DNA of 64,000 bases, taken from positions 1 to 64,000 of IMG/VR virus record IMGVR_UViG_3300023179_000080. One strand, 5' to 3'. A model generated the notes under the pieces. It had not been told where the DNA came from and ran no database searches. It was given only the letters and a program-made list of their open reading frames with translations. This stretch comes from a virus. This document shows positions 35,473 through 45,349 of this stretch, piece after piece. Each line of letters starts with the position of its first letter. Positions within the stretch are counted from its first letter, which is position 1. Both the position numbers and the translations under genes were made by a program.

Positions 35473-35762
35473 GGATCACGATAGGAGAATTGAGGCAGAT
35501 AATACGCTCTGTCCTGCTAGAGGGCCCACCGGGTGCATCGGGCACAGATCCGACGAAAGCCGATGGATTTTATCCGTATGAGCTTGAGCGCGGCACAGAC
35601 ATATTTGGATTCAAGCCCAGTTCCCCAGGTGACAAGGGTGATAATCCCATGCGGCCCGAGGACCCCGAAGAATACATCGGCTTCAAGACCAAGGGTGTTA
35701 GACCCGACGACGCCGCTGCGGAAGCAGCCCCACCGCCCGTGGGCGGAGAACCTCCTGCATAA
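35469..35762 (+). CDS. hypothetical protein with ELRQIIRSVLLE motif
   Basis: TTG start coupled to the upstream gene; GGAGG SD. Confidence 0.7.
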   Translation: MRITIGELRQIIRSVLLEGPPGASGTDPTKADGFYPYELERGTDIFGFKPSSPGDKGDNPMRPEDPEEYIGFKTKGVRPDDAAAEAAPPPVGGEPPA

Positions 35763-35815
35763 GCGTCCATGTTCTAAGTGTGTACTCTTTCTTGACGCTT
35801 GTTTATGATTGTTCT

Positions 35816-36007
35816 ATGCTGAGCATTAGAGATTCAAAACATGTTGTCAAGAAGGTCGCATCGAAATCGTGGGAGATTGCCCGATCTCCCAGGGTGGTGT
35901 CGTTCCTAAAGCTTGGAGTTGCACTGATTGGGGTCGTGCACGCGGTCGAGGAACTGCTGGAGACCCCGAAGAGTGGGAAGATTCCGATCGGTTTTCGAAA
36001 AGAATGA
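35816..36007 (+). CDS. small hypothetical protein
   Basis: Ends in IGF-RKE. Confidence 0.55.
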   Translation: MLSIRDSKHVVKKVASKSWEIARSPRVVSFLKLGVALIGVVHAVEELLETPKSGKIPIGFRKE

Positions 36008-36031
36008 TCCGCTGTGCTGCATATATAGATC

Positions 36032-37075
36032 ATGACCTCAATCTTGCGGGAAGCTCCGTCTAAGACTAAGAAACTGTATGACGATCTAGCAGAGATAAAA
36101 GCTGCATTCAGATACTCAGACACCAGCCTGTGGAAAGAAGCAGGAATTGCTTATCGAAACCTTGAAGAAAATCAAGGTGACTCTGGTATGAGTAACTTTG
36201 AGAGACTTCCGCAAAGTGTGCAGGATAGAATAATAAGCTCTGTGGGCGGAGGGCACACGTTTTACACGCTGGATCGAATTTGCTACGATGAAATAAAACC
36301 TGAACCAGAGATCTTGCGCTCATATACCGACGTGCACAACAGTAAGTTTCGAAAGCCTGGTGCTCTTGAAGCTCTGAAAAATTCATTTCTCAACATTGAT
36401 AAGACACTGCGCGCCTATATCAAGGGGATGGGTACAGCACAAGCAACTCTCGATAAAGAATTTGAAAAGAAGGCAGAGGAGCCACCAAATTCTATCCTGG
36501 GCTCTTTCGCATTCGCCGAGGAGAGAGAGGATGTTCCCTTTGAGAAGGACAATGCAGAGGAAAAGAAGCTCTATTCCGGCATTGAAAAACACATCTTTGA
36601 CAACATCCCCCTCAATGATGAGAGATCCAAGCTGATCAAGAAGATCCTCGACAAGGGACAATATAAAAAGTTGTTCAGGGAACCCAGGGGTCGAGCGGTC
36701 TACCGGGGGATGAAAGTCAGCGAAGCATGGCTAAAGAAGGCCTTGAAGTTGGGCAAGAAGGACACCCTCAAGCGGAAGGGAAGGGCTGAGGCGTCTTTTA
36801 CCTTCACACCGCGTCGTGGTGATGCATCATCATGGGCATCAGATCATTACGCTGCAGAAGAATTTGCATTCGAGGGGTCAGAAGATGGGTTCTACGGTGT
36901 GATTCTTCACGCCCTGAGCGAAGATAACGCGGGAAGACTCTTGGACTTCAAAAATCTCTACGACTTAGGCGATCTCGGTGAGTATCAGCACGAGAGTGAA
37001 GTGATTGGCTTCGGCAAGATCAAGGTCTACAAGATAGAGTGGTCATCTATGGACATAGGCGAGGATGATTATTGA
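36032..37075 (+). CDS. probable ADP-ribosyltransferase, R-S-E class
   Basis: VYRGM, SSWAS...AEEFA and HESEVI in the C-terminal domain. Confidence 0.6.
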   Translation: MTSILREAPSKTKKLYDDLAEIKAAFRYSDTSLWKEAGIAYRNLEENQGDSGMSNFERLPQSVQDRIISSVGGGHTFYTLDRICYDEIKPEPEILRSYTDVHNSKFRKPGALEALKNSFLNIDKTLRAYIKGMGTAQATLDKEFEKKAEEPPNSILGSFAFAEEREDVPFEKDNAEEKKLYSGIEKHIFDNIPLNDERSKLIKKILDKGQYKKLFREPRGRAVYRGMKVSEAWLKKALKLGKKDTLKRKGRAEASFTFTPRRGDASSWASDHYAAEEFAFEGSEDGFYGVILHALSEDNAGRLLDFKNLYDLGDLGEYQHESEVIGFGKIKVYKIEWSSMDIGEDDY

Positions 37076-37084
37076 TAGCAATTC

Positions 37085-37477
37085 CTACTCGATATTTCTT
37101 GAGGCCTTAGCAGCCTCGACAATTGTACCTCTCACGACTGCTGAGGCATTCTTGAATTTCTCCGCGTCTTCGCGGACATTGGGGTTGTAAGCCTGAAACG
37201 AGTCTCCATGGCCTATCCGTAGGTGACACTCGTTCACGTCCATACACAGGGTGATGAAATTGCTCGGGTCGAGCTCGAGCTCGGGGTGGAGATGAAAGGG
37301 TCTAACATGATGGACCTGGGCTCGCTTGTGTGACCCACAGGCAGCACAGTAAGGATTGTCGTCTAGGTGTTTCTCCCGTGCTTGCCTCCACTTGGGAGAC
37401 CGAGTTAGTTCCTTGTGTTTCTCTCGTGCCTCAGAGTAGGTCCTACGTGCCACATGTAAAAGTTTAGATAAGAACAT
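37085..37477 (-). CDS. HNH endonuclease
   Basis: CAACG..VHHVRPF..NFITLC..CHLRIGH. Confidence 0.85.
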   Translation of the reverse strand: MFLSKLLHVARRTYSEAREKHKELTRSPKWRQAREKHLDDNPYCAACGSHKRAQVHHVRPFHLHPELELDPSNFITLCMDVNECHLRIGHGDSFQAYNPNVREDAEKFKNASAVVRGTIVEAAKASRNIE

Positions 37478-37541
37478 ACATGTAACTATTATTTGTATTC
37501 TAAGAATATTCTACAGTATATTGTAGAACAAGTGATGATAT

Positions 37542-37615
37542 TGCGCGGTAGCTCAGCTGGTAGTAGCAGAGAGCTGTTAACTCTCGGGTCGCAGGTTCGA
37601 GCCCTGCCCGCGCAG
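37542..37615 (+). tRNA. tRNA-Asn(GTT)
   Basis: GAGAG-CTGTTAA-CTCTC anticodon arm. Confidence 0.92.
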
Positions 37616-37628
37616 CTAGGAGTTTTGA

Positions 37629-37871
37629 ATGCCTAAGGTAAGAAATGTGCTTGATAAAGCAGAGACCCCTCTACCACAGCTTCAGCAAGCACTTGCTGAG
37701 CTTAAACCGGGTCAAGTGATCAACATCAACAACACAAAAGAAGAGATCATGAGGACAAGAGAGAATCTGACTCGCATGAGACATGAGATTCCGGGCGCTG
37801 ACGATCACATTGATTACATCGAAGCGCTTCTTCTTGCTGAGGCAAACGGCAAATTGCAGTTCAAGCCTTGA
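37629..37871 (+). CDS. hypothetical protein
   Basis: AGGAG SD. Confidence 0.65.
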   Translation: MPKVRNVLDKAETPLPQLQQALAELKPGQVININNTKEEIMRTRENLTRMRHEIPGADDHIDYIEALLLAEANGKLQFKP

Positions 37872-37881
37872 ACTGATCATT

Positions 37882-37971
37882 GGAACGGTGTCCGAGTGGT
37901 CGAAGGAGCACGATTGGAAATCGTGTATGCGGTGACGAATCGCATCGAGGGTTCGAATCCCTCCTGTTCCG
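37882..37971 (+). tRNA. tRNA-Ser(GGA)
   Basis: CACGA-TTGGAAA-TCGTG anticodon arm; long variable arm. Confidence 0.93.
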
Positions 37972-38074
37972 CCCTAGGCAGGGGCGCATTCCCTGTCAGC
38001 ATGCAAAACAATACTTATTGAAGGTGAAATCTCCCATGCGCGGGAGAAAGTAACCACCTCTTTATGAGCCAAAC

Positions 38075-38269
38075 ATGCCGACCTACGAGTACAAGTGTGA
38101 AACTTGCAGTGCTATTTGGGATGAGATACAGTCCATCAAGGACGATCCAATCGAAGTGTGCCCGAAGTGCAGATTTTCGAGCGCAAAACGCCTCATATCT
38201 GGGACATCATTCGTCCTAAAGGGCGGAGGTTGGGCGTCTGATCTCTATGGTAGCAAGACTTCAACCTGA
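38075..38269 (+). CDS. FmdB-family zinc-ribbon protein
   Basis: MPTYEYKC..C..CPKC..RLIS..F.LKGGGW. Confidence 0.9.
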   Translation: MPTYEYKCETCSAIWDEIQSIKDDPIEVCPKCRFSSAKRLISGTSFVLKGGGWASDLYGSKTST

Positions 38270-39055
38270 AATCTTGTTCCCTTTCTTTCGAGTAGACCTT
38301 GACGCTGGGTGTGATGGTTGACGAATAGCATGTAGCAGTTCTGCATCTTGAGAACCAAATACATTCTTGACTCCGCCCGTCTTTTGATCGAAGAGCACCA
38401 TGTATCCACCATGACTCATGGTGAGAGGTTTTGAGAGCTTTGCCATAAAGTCGAACTTTGACGTAAGGGGAGCCTGAGCATCAAACCAGTCTGGAAGTAC
38501 AAAGTTTGAGACAGATACCCTTGTTCCATTCTTCGTTGTGATCTCGTATGAGTCATTCTCGACTGGATCACACGCCTCGTAGGCAACCATTCTGCCATCG
38601 TACATGTCACACCAGAGGTTGACATTGGGATCGCAGTATGCCTCAATGATCTCATGTGAGAGGACACAGGCAATAGATAGTGAGCCGTGGAGAACTGACC
38701 CTCCGCCGCCGAGTACGGGCTTAGTGAACACGCGGCCCCAAATTTTTCCGTCGGGCGTCTCTGTGTGATAGCCTAGCGCACCGGCCTGGTCTGGGTTGTC
38801 CATAATGATGATTGGATATCCCACGGACTCGGGCTGGTTGACCACGATCTTCCAGGCACCGCGGAGCCACATTGGAGCCACATGGGACCCGAGCTGGGTC
38901 GTGCACGCCTCCACCATTAACTGTAGGTCGGGGTCCTTGATTTGGGTCGACTTGTTGATCACATTGATCGTTGGCGTAATGGAATCGACAGCAAGTGGTT
39001 TGCGTGTGACTACCTGTGTGACTGCATTGGCGATCGCCTTGAATATGTTTGCCAT
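38261..39055 (-). CDS. zincin-like metalloprotease
   Basis: ALGYH, SHEIIEAYCDP, EACDPVE, SNFVLP. Confidence 0.7.
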   Translation of the reverse strand: MANIFKAIANAVTQVVTRKPLAVDSITPTINVINKSTQIKDPDLQLMVEACTTQLGSHVAPMWLRGAWKIVVNQPESVGYPIIIMDNPDQAGALGYHTETPDGKIWGRVFTKPVLGGGGSVLHGSLSIACVLSHEIIEAYCDPNVNLWCDMYDGRMVAYEACDPVENDSYEITTKNGTRVSVSNFVLPDWFDAQAPLTSKFDFMAKLSKPLTMSHGGYMVLFDQKTGGVKNVFGSQDAELLHAIRQPSHPASRSTRKKGNKISG

Positions 39056-39076
39056 GGCCGTATATATCTCCTTGAT

Positions 39077-39781
39077 TCAAGTAGTTTGGTCACGAAGCGC
39101 TTGAAGTAGCGAGGGTGGAACACCCCGTGGCGGGTCGTTCACGGTAAGACCGAGTTGCGTAGCAAAGTCCTTGACGGCTTTTATCGACGCTGGTCCCCAG
39201 ACACCGTCGACAGCAATCGTGTATAGACCTAGTTGTTGTAATCTCTGCTGCGCCTCAGTCAACGTCGCAGAATCCCACGCGACGGGATAGTCGCTGATCA
39301 CAAAGTTTGATCCATCAACGGGAGTCGTAAACAGCTGTCCCTCTGCTTGCCGGCGGTTATATAGACCCGGGACAGTTACAACTGCCCCATTGACGCGTGC
39401 TTTACTCCATTCGAGTAATCGTGCTGGAACAGAATCGAAGTCAGAAGAGTTCACTGCGCGAGCGACTCCGCTGTTTGAGTAGACGCCCACGCCACAGTTG
39501 AAACCGAAGCTGCATAGTGCGTCGAATTGGTTCTGATTAAGTTCGACTGTAATGTGTGACTTGATTGCAGTCTCACATTTCCTCACATCGGCTGCCAAGA
39601 TGTCAAGTGCTTGGTCTTTGCTGATCTCGACACCTTGAGGGAAATTCTCGCCCTGTTGTATTAGATGCCCAACTCCGATGGTCCAGAGTCCCGCAACGTC
39701 TTTGTAGGGCTTCAAGATGCATCCTTCCCACTTTGCAATGAAATCCAAGCCTTCGCGAGAAATTGTGAGTTGATCGTTCAT
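39077..39781 (-). CDS. GH24 lysozyme (endolysin) with C-terminal peptidoglycan-binding domain
   Basis: WEGC..YKDVAGLWTIGVGH, NQNQFDAL, GLYNRRQAE, VDGVWGP. Confidence 0.92.
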   Translation of the reverse strand: MNDQLTISREGLDFIAKWEGCILKPYKDVAGLWTIGVGHLIQQGENFPQGVEISKDQALDILAADVRKCETAIKSHITVELNQNQFDALCSFGFNCGVGVYSNSGVARAVNSSDFDSVPARLLEWSKARVNGAVVTVPGLYNRRQAEGQLFTTPVDGSNFVISDYPVAWDSATLTEAQQRLQQLGLYTIAVDGVWGPASIKAVKDFATQLGLTVNDPPRGVPPSLLQALRDQTT

Positions 39782-39872
39782 GTTTGTAAATATCATCGAG
39801 TAATCCAACAAATAAAATTCTGTAATTGGATAGTGCAAAGGTCTCTAAACTTGTTTTACTCTTAAAGAGACA

Positions 39873-40232
39873 ATGGCTACCGATAAGAAGATGCTCAATA
39901 ACGCCGCGCTGATTGCTGCGGGCGATCGAGACAGAAGAGTAGATCAACGAACTTTCCTGCTCGGTGCGATTGGACTAAGAAACGATGACGTTCTTGTTTC
40001 TTCGCGAAATGTTCCGGGTCGAGATGTGGTTCCTGACCACCACGCCGAGGCACGCCTTTCCCGCAAATTGACACCGGGGTCAACGGTGTGGGTTGCAAGA
40101 GTTGCGAGACGGGATGGATCGTGGGCCATGGCTCGACCCTGCCCCGGGTGCGAGATAAGGCTTAGATCTTCGGGTGTGAAGAGAGTAGTGTACACGATTG
40201 GCCCTAACGAGTGGGGAGTCATGGACCTATGA
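39873..40232 (+). CDS. zinc-dependent deaminase, CDA/dCMP-deaminase superfamily
   Basis: HAE..ARPCPGC..GVKRVVY. Confidence 0.85.
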   Translation: MATDKKMLNNAALIAAGDRDRRVDQRTFLLGAIGLRNDDVLVSSRNVPGRDVVPDHHAEARLSRKLTPGSTVWVARVARRDGSWAMARPCPGCEIRLRSSGVKRVVYTIGPNEWGVMDL

Positions 40233-40609
40233 GGATCTTGATCCTTGATGACGATGCGGCGAGGCACACGACGTTTAGTTCCCTGTATAAGGGACACGAA
40301 ATTGCGCACGTCTATAGATTCAAAGAATTCGTGTCGTGTTTAGAGCACTCTCCGCAGTGGGATCTTGTTCATCTTGACCACGACCTCGGAGACTCGTCTG
40401 CAGCAGACACGTACATTGATGGATTTGGCTCACCTCAGTCATACAACGGTTTTCACGCAATGCTAAAATTGTGTGAGTTACCCATCGATTCCCGACCAAG
40501 ACAGGTAATCATTCATAGTGTAAATCCTGCTGGGGCTCAAGCGATGTTAAAATACTCACATAGCCTTGGGATCAACACAACGTGGAAGCCGTTCAGCGTT
40601 TCAAAATGA
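40229..40609 (+). CDS. cyclic-phosphate-processing receiver-domain protein
   Basis: ILILDDD, HLDHDLG, IHSVNPAG. Confidence 0.8.
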   Translation: MRILILDDDAARHTTFSSLYKGHEIAHVYRFKEFVSCLEHSPQWDLVHLDHDLGDSSAADTYIDGFGSPQSYNGFHAMLKLCELPIDSRPRQVIIHSVNPAGAQAMLKYSHSLGINTTWKPFSVSK

Positions 40610-40827
40610 AAAAAGACAACGTTATCTCGATCGTCGATCGAGTAGAATCTTGGAAAGATGTTTACACCTCACCGGGAGGCGACGTATATGTGCGGGCTTC
40701 AAGCCATGGCCGTGTTACGATCATCCCCAGCAGCGGAAAGTGCGTAACTCTGCCTCTTGTCGAGAGCATCAACATGCTCTCAAAAATCGCTGATGGAATT
40801 TCAGGTGCTATGGATTTGATCAAGTAG
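40606..40827 (+). CDS. hypothetical protein
   Basis: ATGA-coupled ORF. Confidence 0.6.
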   Translation: MKKDNVISIVDRVESWKDVYTSPGGDVYVRASSHGRVTIIPSSGKCVTLPLVESINMLSKIADGISGAMDLIK

Positions 40828-40988
40828 TGCAATCTCGCTGTAAAGGGTAGTAAATAATAAATCATGCTAAAGCTAAAAACGTCAATCATCATACTAGGGG
40901 TCGCAGCGCTTGCTGCAGTCGGATATTTCGTGTATAAGAACAAAGAGACTTACAACAACAACGACAGCTGAAAAAGAGAGAAAAGAAT

Positions 40989-41324
40989 ATGAAGAAGAAC
41001 AACAAGAAGAACTCCAATCGCTCTTACAACGTAACTTTCGATCTACCAGACATTGTCGACATGGAAACTCTCTCCTACGCGGGTGATGACGAGTTGAGTC
41101 GAAGGCTCGCACACCTCAACGGTGAAAAAGAGCAAGTCCAGAACGAAGGGTACGACGCCAAGCTCTGGGAAGTCGAGATCGCGTACGTGCAGAGAGAGTT
41201 GAAGATCAGGAACGCTCGTCGGGTTGCTCATGATGAATACCTCAAGGCGAATCCCGAGCCCAACTACTACGAGCTTACTTACGTTCCAAACTATGACGAC
41301 GGACCTGCTGATGCCTTCAACTGA
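40989..41324 (+). CDS. hypothetical protein, first gene of the sigma operon
   Basis: [12 protein letters not shown] motif. Confidence 0.7.
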   Translation: MKKNNKKNSNRSYNVTFDLPDIVDMETLSYAGDDELSRRLAHLNGEKEQVQNEGYDAKLWEVEIAYVQRELKIRNARRVAHDEYLKANPEPNYYELTYVPNYDDGPADAFN

Positions 41325-41334
41325 AGAGGCCGTT

Positions 41335-42159
41335 ATGCGACCAACGAAGGTTAGCACAGTTTCTCAACAGTCACCCGCACAAGTCGACACGATCAGCACA
41401 TACTTGAAAGAGCTGAAAGTGTATCCACAGCTGAAACACCCTGAAGTTGTTAGCCTCTTTCAGGCCTATGAAGCAGGGGGAACTGAGGGTGATAAGGCAA
41501 GAAAGAAGCTGGTTGAGTCGAACCTCCGACTTGTGATCTCGATCGCAAAAAAGCAGAAGGGGCACAACATCCCTCTAGAAGATCTAATCCAGGAGGGCAA
41601 CCTGGGACTCCTCAAGGCTGTCGAGCGTTTCGACTGGAAGAAGGGGTTTAGGTTCTCCACTTACGCGACGTGGTGGATCAAGCAGGCCATCAGTCAACAC
41701 GTTCTGAAGCGGAAACGAATGATCCGTCTCCCAGCCCACGCTGCAGGAATCCAGCGTAAGCTGATGCAGGCTTCAAAGGAGTTCCGCGATACCAACGGTT
41801 CAGATCCGACTCAAGACGAGCTTCTGAAGCTTGTCGACGCGTCTGAAACTGTCGTCAAGGCAACGATCGCGTCCAGCAACAACGTTGTTTCTCTTAGCCA
41901 AACTGTCACTTCTGATCCAGATAGCGGTACTTTGGGTGACAGGCTTGAAGACATTGATCACCGGAATGATCCATTTTATAATGTTTCTTCTAAGGAATTG
42001 CTTGGTATTGTCAAGTACGTGCTATCCACTCTTACTGAGAAAGAAGCTGCAATTTTGAAGTTGAGATTCGGAATTTTTGATGAAGACATTGATCGATCAC
42101 AATACATGTTGACGGCTGAAGACACTGCTCAGCTTGAAGCGGGCACGTTGCATGATTGA
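41335..42159 (+). CDS. RpoD-like sigma70 factor lacking the region 4.2 HTH
   Basis: Region 1.2 STYLKE; region 2 [41 protein letters not shown]; region 3 MIRLP; ends shortly after LKLRFG. Confidence 0.9.
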   Translation: MRPTKVSTVSQQSPAQVDTISTYLKELKVYPQLKHPEVVSLFQAYEAGGTEGDKARKKLVESNLRLVISIAKKQKGHNIPLEDLIQEGNLGLLKAVERFDWKKGFRFSTYATWWIKQAISQHVLKRKRMIRLPAHAAGIQRKLMQASKEFRDTNGSDPTQDELLKLVDASETVVKATIASSNNVVSLSQTVTSDPDSGTLGDRLEDIDHRNDPFYNVSSKELLGIVKYVLSTLTEKEAAILKLRFGIFDEDIDRSQYMLTAEDTAQLEAGTLHD

Positions 42160-42397
42160 AAGTATCACGTATTTTTTGCTGTTGATCATCCTGACTGGAT
42201 GCAACATTTCTGTTTATCTGATGTGCAGAAAAATGTTGCGCTTGCTCGAAGATGCGATGCTGCACACAGATAGCGCAAAGCACAGTATCGAAACTATGCT
42301 CGGGCATGATCCCACAAGCGGTCTCAACACTAGATTGAATGAATTGCAGAAAATGAAATTTTCTTACATGCGCACAAATTCGGGAGGACAACAATGA
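42152..42397 (+). CDS. small membrane-anchored protein
   Basis: N-terminal hydrophobic helix; overlaps the sigma stop codon. Confidence 0.65.
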   Translation: MIESITYFLLLIILTGCNISVYLMCRKMLRLLEDAMLHTDSAKHSIETMLGHDPTSGLNTRLNELQKMKFSYMRTNSGGQQ

Positions 42398-42672
42398 ACC
42401 AGCAGAAATCAACAGCATACGCCACAGTCTCAGATGAGGGTGTCAACTATCGTGAGATTGCAAGCATGATGACTGAAATCGGCTTCAAGATGAACCACTC
42501 TTCTGCACGGAACTACGTGCTTCGAGTAATGAAGAAATTTGCAGAAGCGATCAACAAGGAGTGGAATCTTGAGATACATCCAACAAAACTTGATAAGATA
42601 GTTAAGACGCCACAATTCCAGTCTGCTATCTGTGACATCTTGCAGACCCTGGACGCACATGAGAAAAGATAG
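42394..42672 (+). CDS. HTH DNA-binding protein, sigma4.2-like
   Basis: GVNYREIASMM..MNHSSARNYVLRVMKK; GGAGG SD. Confidence 0.65.
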   Translation: MNQQKSTAYATVSDEGVNYREIASMMTEIGFKMNHSSARNYVLRVMKKFAEAINKEWNLEIHPTKLDKIVKTPQFQSAICDILQTLDAHEKR

Positions 42673-42678
42673 GACAAA

Positions 42679-43065
42679 ATGAGACTACAAAAGAAAAGTT
42701 TGTCAAGGGTCACCCTCTCAGACCTGCTACGCCGAAAACGCTCAAATCTCCAGAGATTCCTGAAAGAGTCAGGGATCGTAACCTACGAGCTACTTGTTTC
42801 GAGGTGCGCTTCTATGGGTGTTGTTCCTCCCAGCGAGAAGGATTTTCTGGACGCAAGAGGCAATCCAATCATCCACGACGTCTCTTCTCCCACTGAGGGT
42901 ATTGTTGTGCTCGAACCACCCCCAGTGTCCACAGAAGAAAAAGTTGAGATGGTGTCGACGCAAGACGTGCATGGTTCAAGTGAACCACTAGAAGCAGAGC
43001 CAGCAACCGTTTCTTTCAACGGCAAGAAGAAGCAGAAGAAGAATTTGGCAGAAAATTCTCCATGA
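42679..43065 (+). CDS. hypothetical protein
   Basis: AGGA SD; last gene of the operon. Confidence 0.7.
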   Translation: MRLQKKSLSRVTLSDLLRRKRSNLQRFLKESGIVTYELLVSRCASMGVVPPSEKDFLDARGNPIIHDVSSPTEGIVVLEPPPVSTEEKVEMVSTQDVHGSSEPLEAEPATVSFNGKKKQKKNLAENSP

Positions 43066-43192
43066 TTTATGTGTTCACAAGTACTACATTGGATCTCTAT
43101 TTAACCAAAAAGACCCGTTGTGGTATAGTTACACAACACTCTCAAGTTCGTTGAAAAATCATCAGCGATTTTGAGCATATTCAAGGAGAAAA

Positions 43193-43750
43193 GTGATGAC
43201 GAATCTAGCTACAGTCCTGGCGGTGGTGCTCCACCAAGTGGAACCCACTATCGTAGAGGACCGGCTCAAGCTCGTTGCGGAGGACATGGACACTGTTGTT
43301 AAGACTGAATTTGAAAACGGCACCATGAAGAGTGGAATCTCCCACATAGACGCACTCTCGATGCTCGCAGCGGCAGTCACCATTGAATCGCACTTGAGCG
43401 AATCAGTTGAGAACTGCAAAGCAGTCGGTGACGGCGGACGTTCCGTCGGTCTCGGCCAAGTAATGAACGGCCCAAACTGGGAGGGTCACACTCGCAAGGA
43501 GATCTGCTCGAATCGCAGGCTTCAGCTTACCCTTGCTCTGCATGTGATCGATCGCTGTTGGGCGGGCACACCCCAGGCAGATGCTGCCTTGAGGTGCTAC
43601 ACATCGGGAGACTCGAAGAAGAATTCGTATGCTGCAAGAGCTGAGTTTGCTGTCTACAAGAAAGCGCGGGCAGCGCTTGACAATTCATCAGCAAAATCCC
43701 CAAAGATCATAGTTGAAAATTCTGGGATAAAGCTTGCAAATAATCCGTAA
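43193..43750 (+). CDS. lytic transglycosylase/SLT-like protein
   Basis: IES..GDGGRSVGLGQV..ALRCY; AAGGAG SD. Confidence 0.55.
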   Translation: MMTNLATVLAVVLHQVEPTIVEDRLKLVAEDMDTVVKTEFENGTMKSGISHIDALSMLAAAVTIESHLSESVENCKAVGDGGRSVGLGQVMNGPNWEGHTRKEICSNRRLQLTLALHVIDRCWAGTPQADAALRCYTSGDSKKNSYAARAEFAVYKKARAALDNSSAKSPKIIVENSGIKLANNP

Positions 43751-43788
43751 TGTGTGAAAAGTGAAGACCGACGTGGTACAGTATAACC

Positions 43789-44007
43789 ATGAGGTACGCA
43801 ACGACCACGTCGGTCTTCCTAACGATAATGTTCCTTGTTGACGGTGTACGGGCAGGCGATGCTCAATGTGCTACCGTCAAGGACCATGACCTTCGCATGG
43901 CATGCTATGCCTTCTCCGAAGGTCGGATCTCGTGGTGCGAGTTCATCAAGGACCACGACGCTCGCGTGATGTGTCGGATTCGAGTCGACAGCAAGAAGGC
44001 TCACTGA
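43789..44007 (+). CDS. secreted Cys-repeat protein
   Basis: Signal peptide; C..(V/I)KDHD.R..C twice; leaderless. Confidence 0.7.
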   Translation: MRYATTTSVFLTIMFLVDGVRAGDAQCATVKDHDLRMACYAFSEGRISWCEFIKDHDARVMCRIRVDSKKAH

Positions 44008-44519
44008 TGTCTGCTGAGTACTCCTGTAACTCCGACGAAGTTGTCAATCGTTTCCCAGAGAAGTTGTTTGATTCGCTCATCGGCGGAACCTACGACTTCT
44101 ACGGTGTCGATGGCAACACTTTCTGCATCGGAGTCAACGGAGCGCGGATGGCACTCGAGGCGGTGGCAGACCCGAGTGACGGATACCGCTCGTATTTCGG
44201 ATGCTTCACCACAGGTGAGCTGGGTAAGATCTTCTTCACCCAGCCCGTTGCACGAGTACAGCTCATGGAGGGTGGGCTCTCTGAACGCACCTACTCGTGC
44301 GGATGCACGAATCGATATGATAAACGTCAAGCTAACTGCAATGAATGCCTTCGCATGGCAAAGGACAACTTCAACGGATGGGTGCTCCGAGACATCGACA
44401 CCGGCCACGAATGGCTCACCATAGGCACTGACCACGGTGATGACTACTACCCTTGTTTCACGTTCAGGTATACCCCTGACAAATCTCAAGTGATCAACCT
44501 CGATGAAGCGAGTGAATGA
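44007..44519 (+). CDS. hypothetical protein
   Basis: DPSDGYRSY and GTDHGDDYYPCF motifs. Confidence 0.7.
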   Translation: MSAEYSCNSDEVVNRFPEKLFDSLIGGTYDFYGVDGNTFCIGVNGARMALEAVADPSDGYRSYFGCFTTGELGKIFFTQPVARVQLMEGGLSERTYSCGCTNRYDKRQANCNECLRMAKDNFNGWVLRDIDTGHEWLTIGTDHGDDYYPCFTFRYTPDKSQVINLDEASE

Positions 44520-45298
44520 CTATGCAAACTGAACAGATGAGCACGACTACCACAACTACCACTGACACGATCGGCAACATCAGAGCGACCAAAGATCAGC
44601 TAAAGATCATCAGCCGCCTCGCACTCCAGAGAATCATGTCATCTGAGGCTCTGCAGTATCTACGTAAGCACTCTGCCGACGCTGTGTCATCTCAATTCCT
44701 CTCTGACGCCCCAGAAAAAGAAATCTCTCTGTACTTCTCGCTCGCGTCAGACAGGGAACGGACGAGTTACTACGGTAACTCCGTGTGTGAGATGAGCATG
44801 AAGTGGCTGCAGAGTCCCGATGAGATTGTCGACCTCGAGGGCAATGCGTGGAGCACTTACTGCCTCGTGATGAATGTCACCCTCGGTTCTTTTTACAATA
44901 TTCCCTACAAGTCATTCGAGGCTCGCGCGGAGGTCATTCAAGCGTGCACTGAGCTATTCGAAGAGATCAACAGTCTTGCTCCAGAGCCCGTTCGTGTGTT
45001 GACACTCAACAATGAAGAACGAATTGTGCGTGATGAGACACAGCGTGTGGCGAGGATCGGTCATACACTCGCCGACATGTTCGTTCGAGAGCACCGAGTT
45101 TTTCGTCGTGGACTTCGAATCGGCGGCCGCGGCAAACCCGTCCCGCGCGAGATCGTGAATGCAATCACAGGTATGAAGCCCGGGACTTATGAGTTCACAA
45201 CTGAAGAAGGTTCTCGGCGGCGACCCGTCCGCCGCCAATACACTCTCAAGGTCCCCGTGAATGATTCGTGGCTTGCAACTCTATCTCGCTCCCGCTGA
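44516..45298 (+). CDS. hypothetical protein
   Basis: 260-aa coupled ORF. Confidence 0.7.
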   Translation: MTMQTEQMSTTTTTTTDTIGNIRATKDQLKIISRLALQRIMSSEALQYLRKHSADAVSSQFLSDAPEKEISLYFSLASDRERTSYYGNSVCEMSMKWLQSPDEIVDLEGNAWSTYCLVMNVTLGSFYNIPYKSFEARAEVIQACTELFEEINSLAPEPVRVLTLNNEERIVRDETQRVARIGHTLADMFVREHRVFRRGLRIGGRGKPVPREIVNAITGMKPGTYEFTTEEGSRRRPVRRQYTLKVPVNDSWLATLSRSR

Positions 45299-45349
45299 GA
45301 TTCAACATCAGCAGTGCAAAGTAACCCATCATGGGTATAGGGTGACAAT

